The translations under genes were made by a program, and so were the position numbers. Source: Planctomycetota bacterium (GTDB taxonomy: Bacteria > Planctomycetota > Phycisphaerae > Phycisphaerales > UBA1924). Taken from it: DNA of 60,824 nucleotides. The stretch spans positions 1 through 60,824 of the forward strand of contig JAFEBN010000001.1 in the NCBI GenBank assembly GCA_018242645.1. Reading direction: 5' to 3'. Below, piece after piece: positions 36,209 through 45,556 of the stretch (position 1 is its first letter; each line of letters starts with the position of its first letter). The notes beneath the pieces are model-generated. The model was not told the DNA's origin. It did no database searches and worked only from the letters and a program-made list of their open reading frames with translations.

Positions 36209-36733
36209 ATGAACCAGATTTTTGAATGGTTTGCGAACAACCCATGGGCCACGGCTCTGCTCATGGTCCTCTTCATCGCAGTCAGCACGCTGATGGTGCT
36301 GGCCATCCTGATTCAGCGCCCCCAGGGTGGCGGACTCTCCGCCGCTTTCGGTGGCGGCTCGGCGGGCTCCGGCCAGACGGCGTTCGGCACCAAAACGGGT
36401 GACGCTCTGACCTGGTTCACCATCTCCGTTTTCGCGGCATTCCTTCTTTTCGGGATGCTGCTCAACTACGCCACCACCCCCGCCGCGCCCACGGTGCAGC
36501 CCGCCGCGGCGAGCGGTGCGGCACCGACTTCCGAAGGACAGGGTCCGGCAAATTCCGGAGGCGCGGGCGAGACGGGCGCGACCGCACCTGCTGGCGGAGC
36601 GTCTGCGCCGGTGACTCCCGCCCCGGTTACCCCTGCACCCGCGACCGAACCAGCTGCGCCTTCGCCGGGGACAACACCGGTTCCGAGCAATCCTGCTCCG
36701 GCGACGCCTCCGAGCGAGCCTGCGCCGAAGTAA
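36209..36733 (+). CDS. secG: Preprotein translocase subunit SecG with long Pro/Ala/Thr-rich C-terminal extension
   Basis: LMVLFIAVSTLMVLAILIQRPQGGGLSAAFGGGS...QTAFG...TWFTISVFAAFLLF matches the SecG two-TM core. ATG 36209 follows GGAG. About 90 extra low-complexity residues follow the core. Confidence 0.85.
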   Translation: MNQIFEWFANNPWATALLMVLFIAVSTLMVLAILIQRPQGGGLSAAFGGGSAGSGQTAFGTKTGDALTWFTISVFAAFLLFGMLLNYATTPAAPTVQPAAASGAAPTSEGQGPANSGGAGETGATAPAGGASAPVTPAPVTPAPATEPAAPSPGTTPVPSNPAPATPPSEPAPK

Positions 36734-36777
36734 TCTGTGCTGATGACAACGCAGCAACCTGAAGGTAGAGGTATGGC

Positions 36778-37656
36778 TTGATCCGCAGCATGACCGGCTA
36801 CGGCGAGGCCTCGACGCATGTCGACGGCGCGCACTATTTCCTTGAGGTTCGCTCGCTGAACAACAAGTACCTCAAGGCGGTGCTCCGCCTGCCGGAAGAG
36901 CTGCAGAGTCTCGAAGCCGAACTGGAAACCCGCCTGCGCGAAAAGATCAGCCGCGGCACGGTGACGATCAACGCCTCGATCTCGGATCAGACCGAGGCGG
37001 CGGCGCACGACATCAACCGCAAGGCCCTCAATCGCTACATCGATCAACTGAAAGAAATCCAGGGTCTGCCTTCGATCGACATCAGTGCGCTGCTGGCCCT
37101 GCCGGGTGTGCTCCAGCCTCCCAGCGATGCCGAAGGCCGCTTCGAAGCCACCAAAGCGGCGATGCTCCAGTTGCTGGATAAGGCGATTGCTCAGCTGCAG
37201 TCGATGCGCGAGCGTGAGGGCAAAGCACTGGTCGCCGACCTTCGGACCCACCATCGCTTCATTGCGGAGCGGCTGGTGCAGGTGGCCGAGCGGGCGCCGG
37301 AAGTGATCGCGGAATACGAGCGCCGGCTTCGCACGCGCATCGAGGGTCTTCTGAAGGATGTGGGCGTCAAGATCGAGACGGTCGATCTGGTGCGCGAGAT
37401 CGCGGCCTACGCGGAGCGCACGGACATCGCCGAAGAGATCAACCGGCTGCGCGCTCATCTCGATCAATTTGAAGAGTTGCTGGCGAGCAACGAGCCCCGC
37501 CCACTGGGCCGCACGCTCGACTTCCTGGCCCAGGAAATGCTCCGCGAGGCGAACACGATCGCGAGCAAATCGCCGGATGCGACCATTTCGCGGCATGCCG
37601 TCGAGATCAAGGGCGCCATCGATCGCATCAAGGAACAGGCCCAGAACGTGGAATAA
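36778..37656 (+). CDS. yicC: YicC-family stress-induced protein (YicC/YloC)
   Basis: MIRSMTGYGEA N-terminus and C-terminal FLAQEMLREANTIASKS block. The TTG start at 36778 preserves the conserved MIRSMT. Confidence 0.88.
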   Translation: MIRSMTGYGEASTHVDGAHYFLEVRSLNNKYLKAVLRLPEELQSLEAELETRLREKISRGTVTINASISDQTEAAAHDINRKALNRYIDQLKEIQGLPSIDISALLALPGVLQPPSDAEGRFEATKAAMLQLLDKAIAQLQSMREREGKALVADLRTHHRFIAERLVQVAERAPEVIAEYERRLRTRIEGLLKDVGVKIETVDLVREIAAYAERTDIAEEINRLRAHLDQFEELLASNEPRPLGRTLDFLAQEMLREANTIASKSPDATISRHAVEIKGAIDRIKEQAQNVE

Positions 37657-37774
37657 CCAGCGTTTGCGGCGGTTTGTGACCGCTCACCGGCCGCCGGCCT
37701 TCACCCCCGTCTCATCCGGGGTGGTCATGCTCCGTGGGTTTCCCGTCCATAGCATTGTTTCGGGAAATTCGCCC

Positions 37775-38914
37775 ATGATGACGCGGCGTTCTATTCCGGT
37801 TTCCCGCCTGCTTGGTGCATTTGCCGCCGGCGTGGTCGCGTTGCACGCGTTGGCCGATCAGCCCGCGCTGCAGTTGCTGGACAGCGATTCGGTGGAGATG
37901 CGCGAAAAGACCTGCGTGGCTTTGAAGAGCTGGGCGGGGAGTTCGCCGGACAAGCTGCTCTCGCTGATCAGCCCGAGCATCTCCGCGGAGCAGCGCGAAA
38001 GCCTGGTCCGCCTTGCACGTGAAGTGTTCCGCAATTCACCACGCGGCGCGATCGGCGTCTCTTTCGGCGTGGGGCAGGTGCTGGACGAGGAGATCTTTGA
38101 CGAAGGCATCCCGATCGCGGCGGCATTGCCAAACTTTGATTCTTCCCGCGTGCTCAAGTCGGGCGACCTGCTCCGAGCGATCGACGGTTCGCGCATTCGC
38201 ACGCTGGTGCAATGCCAGATCGCAACGATCTCGCGTGATCCGGGGCAGCTTGTTCAGGTCGATATCGAGCGCGACGGCCGCCCGATGCGTGTGGCGCTGC
38301 AGCTCGGTTCGCGGGCTCAACTCCGTGAAGCGCGTGGCCGCGAAATTCCGAGCCAGTCGATCCTAGAGCTGGCGTGGAAGGAGCGGCTGAATCGGACGAC
38401 GGCCTCGCTGCCCCGGGAATCGCCGGCGGGCGAGTTGCCCAACGTCGCGTGGGTTGACGGCGATCGCCTGAGCAAGGAGCCGCCGGATCCGGAAGCCGCG
38501 ATCCGCAAGCTGGCCGAGCAGCCGCGCGAAGTGCCGAACCAGTTCCCCGGTCCGAACCGTGTGGCTTTGCAGCGGAGCGAAGTGCCCGAGGCCGATATGG
38601 TCGCGACGGGTACGCCTCGCGCGCGCGTGGGTGCGCCGGTCTCGCAGGTCAGCCTGCTGGCGGGAAATCCGGCCGCGGGGCAGAATCTGCAGCTTCCGAA
38701 TCGGGAGCTGATCCGTCAGCAGCTCGATTCGCTTCGCACGGAGAACGTGGAGTTGCTGCGGCGCATGGAACCGCTGAAGCAGCTGGTGGACGATCCGCAG
38801 ACGCCGCGCGAGACGCGCCAACTGGCCCGCCAGGAAATCGACGCGATCGAAGCGCAGATCCTGGAAATCCAGATCCAGACGCGGGCGCTGCAGCAACTGC
38901 TCCGGCAGCGTTGA
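37775..38914 (+). CDS. Secreted PDZ-domain protein with C-terminal coiled coil
   Basis: Signal peptide MMTRRSIPVSRLLGAFAAGVVALHALA. PDZ-like block GVSFG...LKSGDLLRAIDGSRIRT...VQVDIERDGRPMRVALQLG. The tail is heptad-like (EIDAIEAQILEIQIQTRALQQLL). An alternative start is ATG 37727. Confidence 0.65.
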   Translation: MMTRRSIPVSRLLGAFAAGVVALHALADQPALQLLDSDSVEMREKTCVALKSWAGSSPDKLLSLISPSISAEQRESLVRLAREVFRNSPRGAIGVSFGVGQVLDEEIFDEGIPIAAALPNFDSSRVLKSGDLLRAIDGSRIRTLVQCQIATISRDPGQLVQVDIERDGRPMRVALQLGSRAQLREARGREIPSQSILELAWKERLNRTTASLPRESPAGELPNVAWVDGDRLSKEPPDPEAAIRKLAEQPREVPNQFPGPNRVALQRSEVPEADMVATGTPRARVGAPVSQVSLLAGNPAAGQNLQLPNRELIRQQLDSLRTENVELLRRMEPLKQLVDDPQTPRETRQLARQEIDAIEAQILEIQIQTRALQQLLRQR

Positions 38915-39469
38915 TCAGCGCGAAGAGAACCGCTTCATCAGCTTGTTCACGGTTGCGACCGCGCGCCTGGAGGCGGGGTTCCTGTCGCGCTTAGCGAGCT
39001 TGACGGCGCGGGTGCACGCGTCGAGCCGTCGGGGCAGTTCCTTTTCGCCTCGCGGGTCGTTGACGCTGTCGATGAGATTGTCGTACGTATCGGCCAGCTT
39101 GACGAGGCGGACCCGCCAGTCCGCAGCCGCGATCTGCTGGTCGTACATCTTCTCGCGCCGGGGTTCGGGCAGCGCCATGTTCTTGGTGAGCGCCGCGACC
39201 ATGTCGGCGACGTCGGAACCAAATCGCTCGAGGATGTCCTCGTAGTCGGTGGTCGTGTCCTCGATCAGGTCGTGGAGCAGGGCCGCGGCGAGGGTTTGCT
39301 CGTCGTGGCAGTCGAACACTTCGGAGATGGTCATCGCCACGCGGACGACGTGGGCGAAATAAGGCGTGCGCCCGTCGCGCCGGAACTGGGCGCTGTGCTT
39401 GCGGGCGGCGTATGCCGCGGCCTCTCGCCACAGGGCGTTCTCGCCGGCGAGGGATCGCTTGGCGCTCAC
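38915..39469 (-). CDS. HD-domain (p)ppGpp hydrolase-like protein (RelA/SpoT hydrolase-only, small alarmone hydrolase type)
   Basis: YFAHVVRVAM...AALLHDLIEDT contains the HDxxED signature of SpoT/Mesh1-type hydrolase domains. 184 aa with no synthetase domain. The GTG start overlaps the GH35 stop (GTGA at 39469-39466). Confidence 0.75.
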   Translation of the reverse strand: MSAKRSLAGENALWREAAAYAARKHSAQFRRDGRTPYFAHVVRVAMTISEVFDCHDEQTLAAALLHDLIEDTTTDYEDILERFGSDVADMVAALTKNMALPEPRREKMYDQQIAAADWRVRLVKLADTYDNLIDSVNDPRGEKELPRRLDACTRAVKLAKRDRNPASRRAVATVNKLMKRFSSR

Positions 39470-42432
39470 GCGGTCTCCTGCGCCACGCCGGTGGTGATGG
39501 GCACGACCGTGTCGTCGAACACGACCTTGACGCGGGTGGGCTTGGCGCCGTGCTCGTCGAAGATCATGATCTCGTTCATCGCCGGGTGCTTGGGATCGTT
39601 GTCCTTCTTGAGCCAGCAGGCCGGCAGCCAGTAGCGCGTCTGCGTCGGCACCGGCTTGCCGCCCTTGGTGGCGACAAAGTACCGGCCGATGTGCCGCCCG
39701 TTGAGATAAATCTGCCCCTTGGTGAGGCCCTCAACATCGAGGAACATGGGCACGGAGGTGTGCGGCGCCTGGAAGCTGGTCTTCCACCAGACGGGGCCTT
39801 CCTCGTGCTTGTTGCCGGCCTTGAAGGCACCAGCGGCGGGCACATCGAACTTCGCGAAGCTCCACTCGGCCTTGGCCGTGACGTTGTTCTCGACGGTGTA
39901 GAACTCGATCATGGATGCCGCGGCATCGATCGCGCCGGCGACGCCGTCTTCGTCGCTGCCGCCGTCGCCGCCGCCCTCGATCGGGAAGAGCGCGAGCTGC
40001 ACCGTGACGTTGCCCCGGCCGAGCTTGTCCTGCTCGATGAGATACGTCGCGGGCCCGGCCTCATCGATCACGGCCACGGGCTTGTCGTTCACCACCAGCA
40101 ACGCCGGAGAGGGAAGGCCCTTGTTCACCAGCAGGATCGGGGCGGACGACTTCTTGCCCAGGTTCCAGCTGATGCGCTGCGGCAGCGTCGAGTCCGACGA
40201 GCGGACTTCGTAGATCGGGCTGCTGAAGCGGAGGATGTCGAGGGGCTCGCCGATCTCGATCTTGGGAGCGCCGGCCTTGATCTGCTCGGCCTCGAAGAGC
40301 GGAGAAACCAGGCCCTTTGGCTCGCCCATGTGGCGACCGTCGCTGTAGCGGCCCAGCGCCTCGCCCAGCACCACGAGCGTCTGCTCGGGCTTGTGCATGG
40401 CGACGCCGAGCGTCGCGTGCGCGCCCGGGCCGACGCCCAGAATGCCGATCTCGCGCGAGCGGTCGAAGAAGTGCAGCCGATCGCCCGACAAGGGCGAGGC
40501 GATGGTGACCTTCTCGGCTTTGGAGGGCTTGAACTTGATCCGGTACCACCCGTAGCTCGTGGTCGAGCCGAGCGTCGCGAGGTCGGAAGGCCCGTCAACC
40601 GCGGCGTACCGGGCGCTTTCGCCGGAGATGTACTCGTCGAGCGGGGCGCAGGTCCAGTTGTGCAGCGCGATCTTCTCGGGCGCCTTCTCGGCCTTCTTGC
40701 TCAGCGAAAGCTTCGCGGTATCGACGGTGCGAACATCGCCTTCGCCATCGATGCGCGTGATCTGGCGCTGGCCTTCGATGGGCATCGGGCGGCCGTCGGT
40801 GGTGAGGCCGGCGGCGTTGACGTAGACCGCATCATCGGAGAAGTAGGTGGAATCGGCGAGCTCCTCGCTGACCACGACGAGGTAGACGTTTTCGTGCTCG
40901 ATGACTTCCGGGTTGCGGACGCCCGAGCCGGGAACTTCGATCTCGAGGGGCGAACCGTTGATCGAGATGGTGCCGCGGGTGCCCGAAGGCCCGAACACGA
41001 CCAGCGTGCGACCGACCACGCCGAGCGCGCACAGCGTGCAGTAGTCGACGTTGGCGCGTCCGCCGACGCTGGCGTTGATGAGGCACCACGCGACGGACTG
41101 ATTGGTGAGGTGCACGGGGAGCAGGGTGCCGTCGTGCATCATCAGATCGACGGTGCGGACCTCGCCCTTGTCGGCGGGGCCGGGCGTAAAGACGAAAGCG
41201 ACGCCGCCCTGGCTGCCCGAGGCGTGAACGACCGTCGCCGGCGGCTCGTGCGGATCGTGCTTGCCCTTCTTGGTGTGCGCCAGCGCCAGGCGCGGGGCGA
41301 CCATGACGGGATGGAACGTCGGGTCAAACCCGCTGAGCACGCGACCGAAACGGGAGGCGAAGGTGTTGATGCGCCGCAGGAACGAGTAGTTCTCGCCGGC
41401 GCCGCCGGTCTGCGTCACGGGCGCGTGGGCGGCGACATTGGTCGCGCTGAAGCGATCAGGCCCGTCCGTCAATCGTCCGCCCGCGATGCCCCAGTTGGTG
41501 CCCGCGTGGAACGGCGAAAGGTTGTACTGGCCGGCGCCCGCGAGAATCTCGGCGATCTGGCGCTGGAGCAGCCAGGCGGGGCGCGCCGCGCGGGGCTCGG
41601 CGCCCCACGAATCACGCGGAGCGGTGTCGAAATCGACGACAAAGCGTGGCTGCAGCGAGCGCACCATCGCGAACTGGCGCATCGCGCTGAGCATTTCTTC
41701 GCCGCCGGTCCAGCCGTCGATCTCACCCTCGACTCCGGACCAGAGGTTGTTGCTGTTGACGATCGGCACATCGAAGCCGGATTCGCGGATGTAGCGGAGC
41801 AGCTCGCCCAGATAGTGGTCGGCGATGACCTGATCGCCGCAGGTCCAGCCCGATTCGTTGTGGATCATGACCAGCGGGCCGCCCTTGGCGGACGCGGTGA
41901 CCTGCAGCGAGCGGAGCTGATTGGAAACGGCATTGATGAAGCGCGACGCGGCCTCGAGGAACGGCTGGCTCGGGGCCCGCAAACGCATGACCTTCGCCTT
42001 GATGGCGCGGGTTTCGGCGTTGTCGTCACCGTCGGGCTTGGTGGGGAGTTTGCCCTCGGCAACCTTGGCTTCCGCGGCCTTGGCCTCGGCGCTCTTATTG
42101 GCGACGAGCCAGACCGGCATGCCGCCCATGTCAAAACCGTTGCCGACGTGCGGTCCGATGCGGACGGTGCAGTACATGCCCGCCTTGCCGACCAGGTCGA
42201 CAAAGTGCTTGAGGTCGTTGTCGCCCTTGAAGTCGAAGTGACCGGGCCGGGGCTCGTGACGCGACCAGACGATGCACGTGTCGATCGTGTTGAGCCCGGC
42301 AAGCTTGGCGGCGTGGATGCGGTCGGCCCAGTATTCGCGCGGCACGCGCGTGTACTGCACCGTTCCCGAGACCAGCCAGATGCGCTTGCCGTCAATAAGA
42401 AGGCTGCGCCCGTCGTAGGTGATCGAAGCCAT
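39466..42432 (-). CDS. Glycoside hydrolase family 35 beta-galactosidase, large multi-domain form
   Basis: The N-terminal TIM-barrel blocks align by eye to GH35: LLIDGKRIWLVSGTVQYTRVPREYWADRIHAAKLAGLNTIDTCIVWSRHEP, GGMPVWL and MIHNESGW (acid/base Glu). Start at ATG 42432 (MASITYDG). No signal peptide. Confidence 0.88.
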   Translation of the reverse strand: MASITYDGRSLLIDGKRIWLVSGTVQYTRVPREYWADRIHAAKLAGLNTIDTCIVWSRHEPRPGHFDFKGDNDLKHFVDLVGKAGMYCTVRIGPHVGNGFDMGGMPVWLVANKSAEAKAAEAKVAEGKLPTKPDGDDNAETRAIKAKVMRLRAPSQPFLEAASRFINAVSNQLRSLQVTASAKGGPLVMIHNESGWTCGDQVIADHYLGELLRYIRESGFDVPIVNSNNLWSGVEGEIDGWTGGEEMLSAMRQFAMVRSLQPRFVVDFDTAPRDSWGAEPRAARPAWLLQRQIAEILAGAGQYNLSPFHAGTNWGIAGGRLTDGPDRFSATNVAAHAPVTQTGGAGENYSFLRRINTFASRFGRVLSGFDPTFHPVMVAPRLALAHTKKGKHDPHEPPATVVHASGSQGGVAFVFTPGPADKGEVRTVDLMMHDGTLLPVHLTNQSVAWCLINASVGGRANVDYCTLCALGVVGRTLVVFGPSGTRGTISINGSPLEIEVPGSGVRNPEVIEHENVYLVVVSEELADSTYFSDDAVYVNAAGLTTDGRPMPIEGQRQITRIDGEGDVRTVDTAKLSLSKKAEKAPEKIALHNWTCAPLDEYISGESARYAAVDGPSDLATLGSTTSYGWYRIKFKPSKAEKVTIASPLSGDRLHFFDRSREIGILGVGPGAHATLGVAMHKPEQTLVVLGEALGRYSDGRHMGEPKGLVSPLFEAEQIKAGAPKIEIGEPLDILRFSSPIYEVRSSDSTLPQRISWNLGKKSSAPILLVNKGLPSPALLVVNDKPVAVIDEAGPATYLIEQDKLGRGNVTVQLALFPIEGGGDGGSDEDGVAGAIDAAASMIEFYTVENNVTAKAEWSFAKFDVPAAGAFKAGNKHEEGPVWWKTSFQAPHTSVPMFLDVEGLTKGQIYLNGRHIGRYFVATKGGKPVPTQTRYWLPACWLKKDNDPKHPAMNEIMIFDEHGAKPTRVKVVFDDTVVPITTGVAQETA

Positions 42433-42822
42433 CGTCGGGTCCTTTCTCCGGATCAACGGAGCGAAGACCAACCGCGAAGCACACAGCACAGCGCACAACG
42501 CTGCGCGGCCCGCGGAACCAACTTGAGCATCCAAGCTCACAGGCCTCGACGGCCGGCGCTCCCGAAAGAAGCGGCCCGCGCGTTCGTTCCGTCATGCTCG
42601 TAAATCCCGTACGAGCAGACAGTTCCGAACGCTGACGACCCGGAGGCCACGGAGAGGTCCACCCTCGCATCCGTCCAAATCCCTAACGAGATGGGTCGTC
42701 CGATCGACGATGGCGGACTGTATGCGCTTCAGAAACCGTTTGCCACGCGCTGCCGGGGTTGGCGGTACACTTCGGGTGTACCGAGCGCCCAAAACCGCCG
42801 AACAAGGTCCGAATAACAGCGC

Positions 42823-44676
42823 GTGATTCGCCGATTCCACCAGTCCCTCCGTGCCGGGGTACTCCCACTGGGAGGGCTCCTGCTTGCGCTGGCGGGGTGC
42901 GCCGACGCCGGGATGGACTCGATCGACCGGCGGATCAACGCGATGCTGGACAAGCGGTCGAACGAGCTCCATTCCAACAAGGTGCCCGACAACGACTATC
43001 TCGAGCAGCAGCACGAGAACAAGAGCCAGGCGGTTCGCGATCACTCGCTGAGCAAGGACCCCGCGTCGAACAACCCGACCGCCGATCAACTGGAGTATGC
43101 CCCGGCGAGCGAGGCCCGGGACGTTTCCGCTCGCCTGGGCTCGTATGCCGCGGAGGCGTACGGCACCAACACCGCCGGCGAAGGCCTGCGGGACGCCCGC
43201 GCCATCAACCTCAACTCGGCATGGCAGATCGCTCAGAAGTCGTCCCGCGAGTTCCTGACGGCGGAAGAGGACTACTTGCTGGCCGTGATCGCGCTGCTGG
43301 CGGAGCAGCACCGCTGGGATCCCCGCTTCTTCAACGACACGACGCTGGGCGTGACGAACGGCTGGACCAACGGCGATTCGGGGACGGCGCTCAACGCGAT
43401 CAATACGCTGCGGGTCCAGCAGAAGCTGCCGTACGGCGGGCAGGTGGAAGCGGCGGTTGTCGCAAACCTGAGCCAGCAGCTTGTGGGCACGGTTTCGAAC
43501 GGGTACATCCAGGCATCGGCGCTGCAGCTCTCCGCGAACATTCCGCTGCTGAAGGGCGCCGGCGATATCGCGCAGGAGCCGTTGATCCAGGCGGAGCGCG
43601 ACGTGATCTACCGCGCCCGGGCCTTCGAGCGGTTCCGGCGCCAGCTGCTGGTCAATATCGCCAGCGATTACTTCGCGCTGGTGCAGACTCAGTCGCAGAT
43701 CGCCAACCAGCAGCGGTCGTACGACACACTCCGCAATTTCCAGGAAGCCACGCAGGCCCGTGTTGATGCCGGGCGCATCCGGGCGTTCGAGGTGAATATC
43801 GCGGCCAACGACGTGCTCAACGCCGAGACGGCGCTCGCGAATCTGCGGGAGCAATACATCCTGCAGCTCGACCGGTTCAAGGTTCGCCTTGGGCTTGAGG
43901 TTTCGGAGAAGGTGATCATCAGGCCCCTGGCGCTCGAGATTCCCGTGCCGGATTCCACGCTCGACCAGGCGACCCGGGCGGCGCTCGAGTACCGGCTTGA
44001 TCTGCAGAACACCCGCGACCGTGTGGACGACGCGCGACGGGGCGTCGCCAACGCGCAGAACCAGACGCTGCCGGCGCTCAACGTGGGCGCTTCCGCGCTG
44101 GTCATCACCAACCCGCGGACCGAGATCGGGGGCGTGACCTTCAGCCCGCAGGATTCAACCCTCACGGGCAACGCGACGCTCTCGCTGCCGCTCGACAACG
44201 AGATCGAACGGCTGAACGTCCGCACCGCGACGATCACGCTCCAGCAGCGCGAGCGCACGCTGGAACAGACCCGCGACAACGTGGTCGTCTCGGTGCGCAG
44301 CGCCCTGCGGAACATCGACCTGGCCCAGTTCCGGCTCAAGCTGGCGGAGCAGCAGGTGCAGATCAACCGGCGCCGCCTCGAAGAGCAGCTCCTGAAGATC
44401 GACGAGGTCGATGCCAAGCAGGTCGTCGATTCGCAGAACGCGCTGCTCGACGCCGAGAACCGGCGTGACCAGGCCAAGACGGACCTGCGCAATTCGATCC
44501 TGAACTACCTGCTCGAATCCGATCAGCTCCGCGTGGCGACCGATGGAACGTTCATGCCCCTGCCGGGCATGGACATCCGCTCGGCAACCGGGCCCGCGAT
44601 CGAACCCGGTGCGGGTGATCCGCCGCCCATGGGCACGCCCGACCAATTGCAGAAAGCGATCAAGGAAGATCACTGA
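42823..44676 (+). CDS. TolC-family outer-membrane efflux protein (OMF), lipoprotein
   Basis: Lipobox LLLALAGC. Two internal repeats of the long alpha-helical/coiled TolC type (for example AERDVIYRARAFERFRRQLL... and TLQQRERTLEQTRDNVVVSVRSAL). The GTG start at 42823 is the only in-frame start upstream of the signal peptide. Confidence 0.8.
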   Translation: MIRRFHQSLRAGVLPLGGLLLALAGCADAGMDSIDRRINAMLDKRSNELHSNKVPDNDYLEQQHENKSQAVRDHSLSKDPASNNPTADQLEYAPASEARDVSARLGSYAAEAYGTNTAGEGLRDARAINLNSAWQIAQKSSREFLTAEEDYLLAVIALLAEQHRWDPRFFNDTTLGVTNGWTNGDSGTALNAINTLRVQQKLPYGGQVEAAVVANLSQQLVGTVSNGYIQASALQLSANIPLLKGAGDIAQEPLIQAERDVIYRARAFERFRRQLLVNIASDYFALVQTQSQIANQQRSYDTLRNFQEATQARVDAGRIRAFEVNIAANDVLNAETALANLREQYILQLDRFKVRLGLEVSEKVIIRPLALEIPVPDSTLDQATRAALEYRLDLQNTRDRVDDARRGVANAQNQTLPALNVGASALVITNPRTEIGGVTFSPQDSTLTGNATLSLPLDNEIERLNVRTATITLQQRERTLEQTRDNVVVSVRSALRNIDLAQFRLKLAEQQVQINRRRLEEQLLKIDEVDAKQVVDSQNALLDAENRRDQAKTDLRNSILNYLLESDQLRVATDGTFMPLPGMDIRSATGPAIEPGAGDPPPMGTPDQLQKAIKEDH

Positions 44677-45512
44677 GCGGGCTTCACGCCCTCCGAGAGG
44701 GACATGGCGAACCAGACGGCGGCGTCCGGGCGCTGCGCGAACTCGGGGAGCGTGACGCCGCAGAGATACTGCATCGCTTCGCCATCAACCAGGCCTTCGG
44801 CTTCCAGCCGCGGCGCGGCGCCCTGCAAGACCCCCGCGAGGTTGTTCACCACCGGTTCAAACATGTCGTTGCCGCTGCACGCGCCGAACCAGACCCAGGT
44901 GTTGCGCGTGGGTGTGGCGCCGGCCTGGTGGAGCAGTTGCACCAGACGACGCCCCACCATCGGGTCGTTGCGATTCCGCCGGTACAACTCGATGTACGCC
45001 CTCCAGACCTCCGTGAACCCCGAGGGCTCGGGGTGAAGCTTGAGCAGTTCGTGGTCGTCATCGGCGAGCACGATGCGGCCATTCGGCTTGGCGGCCTGCA
45101 CCATGCGCCGCACAACCGCGAGCGGATCGGGCACGTGCTCGAGCAGGAAGCGGGTGAAGCAGACATCGAACGACCCCGATTCGCCCGGGAGAAGCGGAGG
45201 CTCGGTCGCGTCCCCGACCCGAAAGTCGATCTGGCGCGGGCCCAGGCCCGAGACGCGGAATGCCGCGACGGCCTTTTCGATCTGTTCGCTGCTGCGCTCC
45301 ACGCCGATCACGCGCCCGCCCGTCCCCGCCCGGCGCGCGATCGCGATCGACATCTGACCCAGTCCGGAACCGATATCGAGCACGTGGTCGCCCTCGCGGA
45401 TCGCCAGCTCGGCGAGCGTCCGCTCATTGAGGATCTTGTTCATGAGCGACAGCCGTTCCTGCTCGGAACGATGCGTGCCGTGGACATATTCGCCGCCGGA
45501 CGGGGTGGTCAT
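44670..45512 (-). CDS. Class I SAM-dependent methyltransferase
   Basis: Motif I VLDIGSGLGQMS, post-I VIGVERS and motif II/III FDVCFTRFLLEHVPDP...KPNGRIVL. Confidence 0.85.
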   Translation of the reverse strand: MTTPSGGEYVHGTHRSEQERLSLMNKILNERTLAELAIREGDHVLDIGSGLGQMSIAIARRAGTGGRVIGVERSSEQIEKAVAAFRVSGLGPRQIDFRVGDATEPPLLPGESGSFDVCFTRFLLEHVPDPLAVVRRMVQAAKPNGRIVLADDDHELLKLHPEPSGFTEVWRAYIELYRRNRNDPMVGRRLVQLLHQAGATPTRNTWVWFGACSGNDMFEPVVNNLAGVLQGAAPRLEAEGLVDGEAMQYLCGVTLPEFAQRPDAAVWFAMSLSEGVKPAQ

Positions 45513-45556
45513 CCCCGCAGACTAGCCGATGATCGCGCTTGTATGCGATTGATGGC

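Noticed and set aside
39412-42603. 1063-aa ORF on the plus strand, the longest ORF in this region
   Set aside because: It lies antisense to the GH35 gene, which has clear family motifs. The translation is Arg/Gly/Asp/His/Ala-rich low-complexity sequence typical of shadow ORFs in high-GC DNA.
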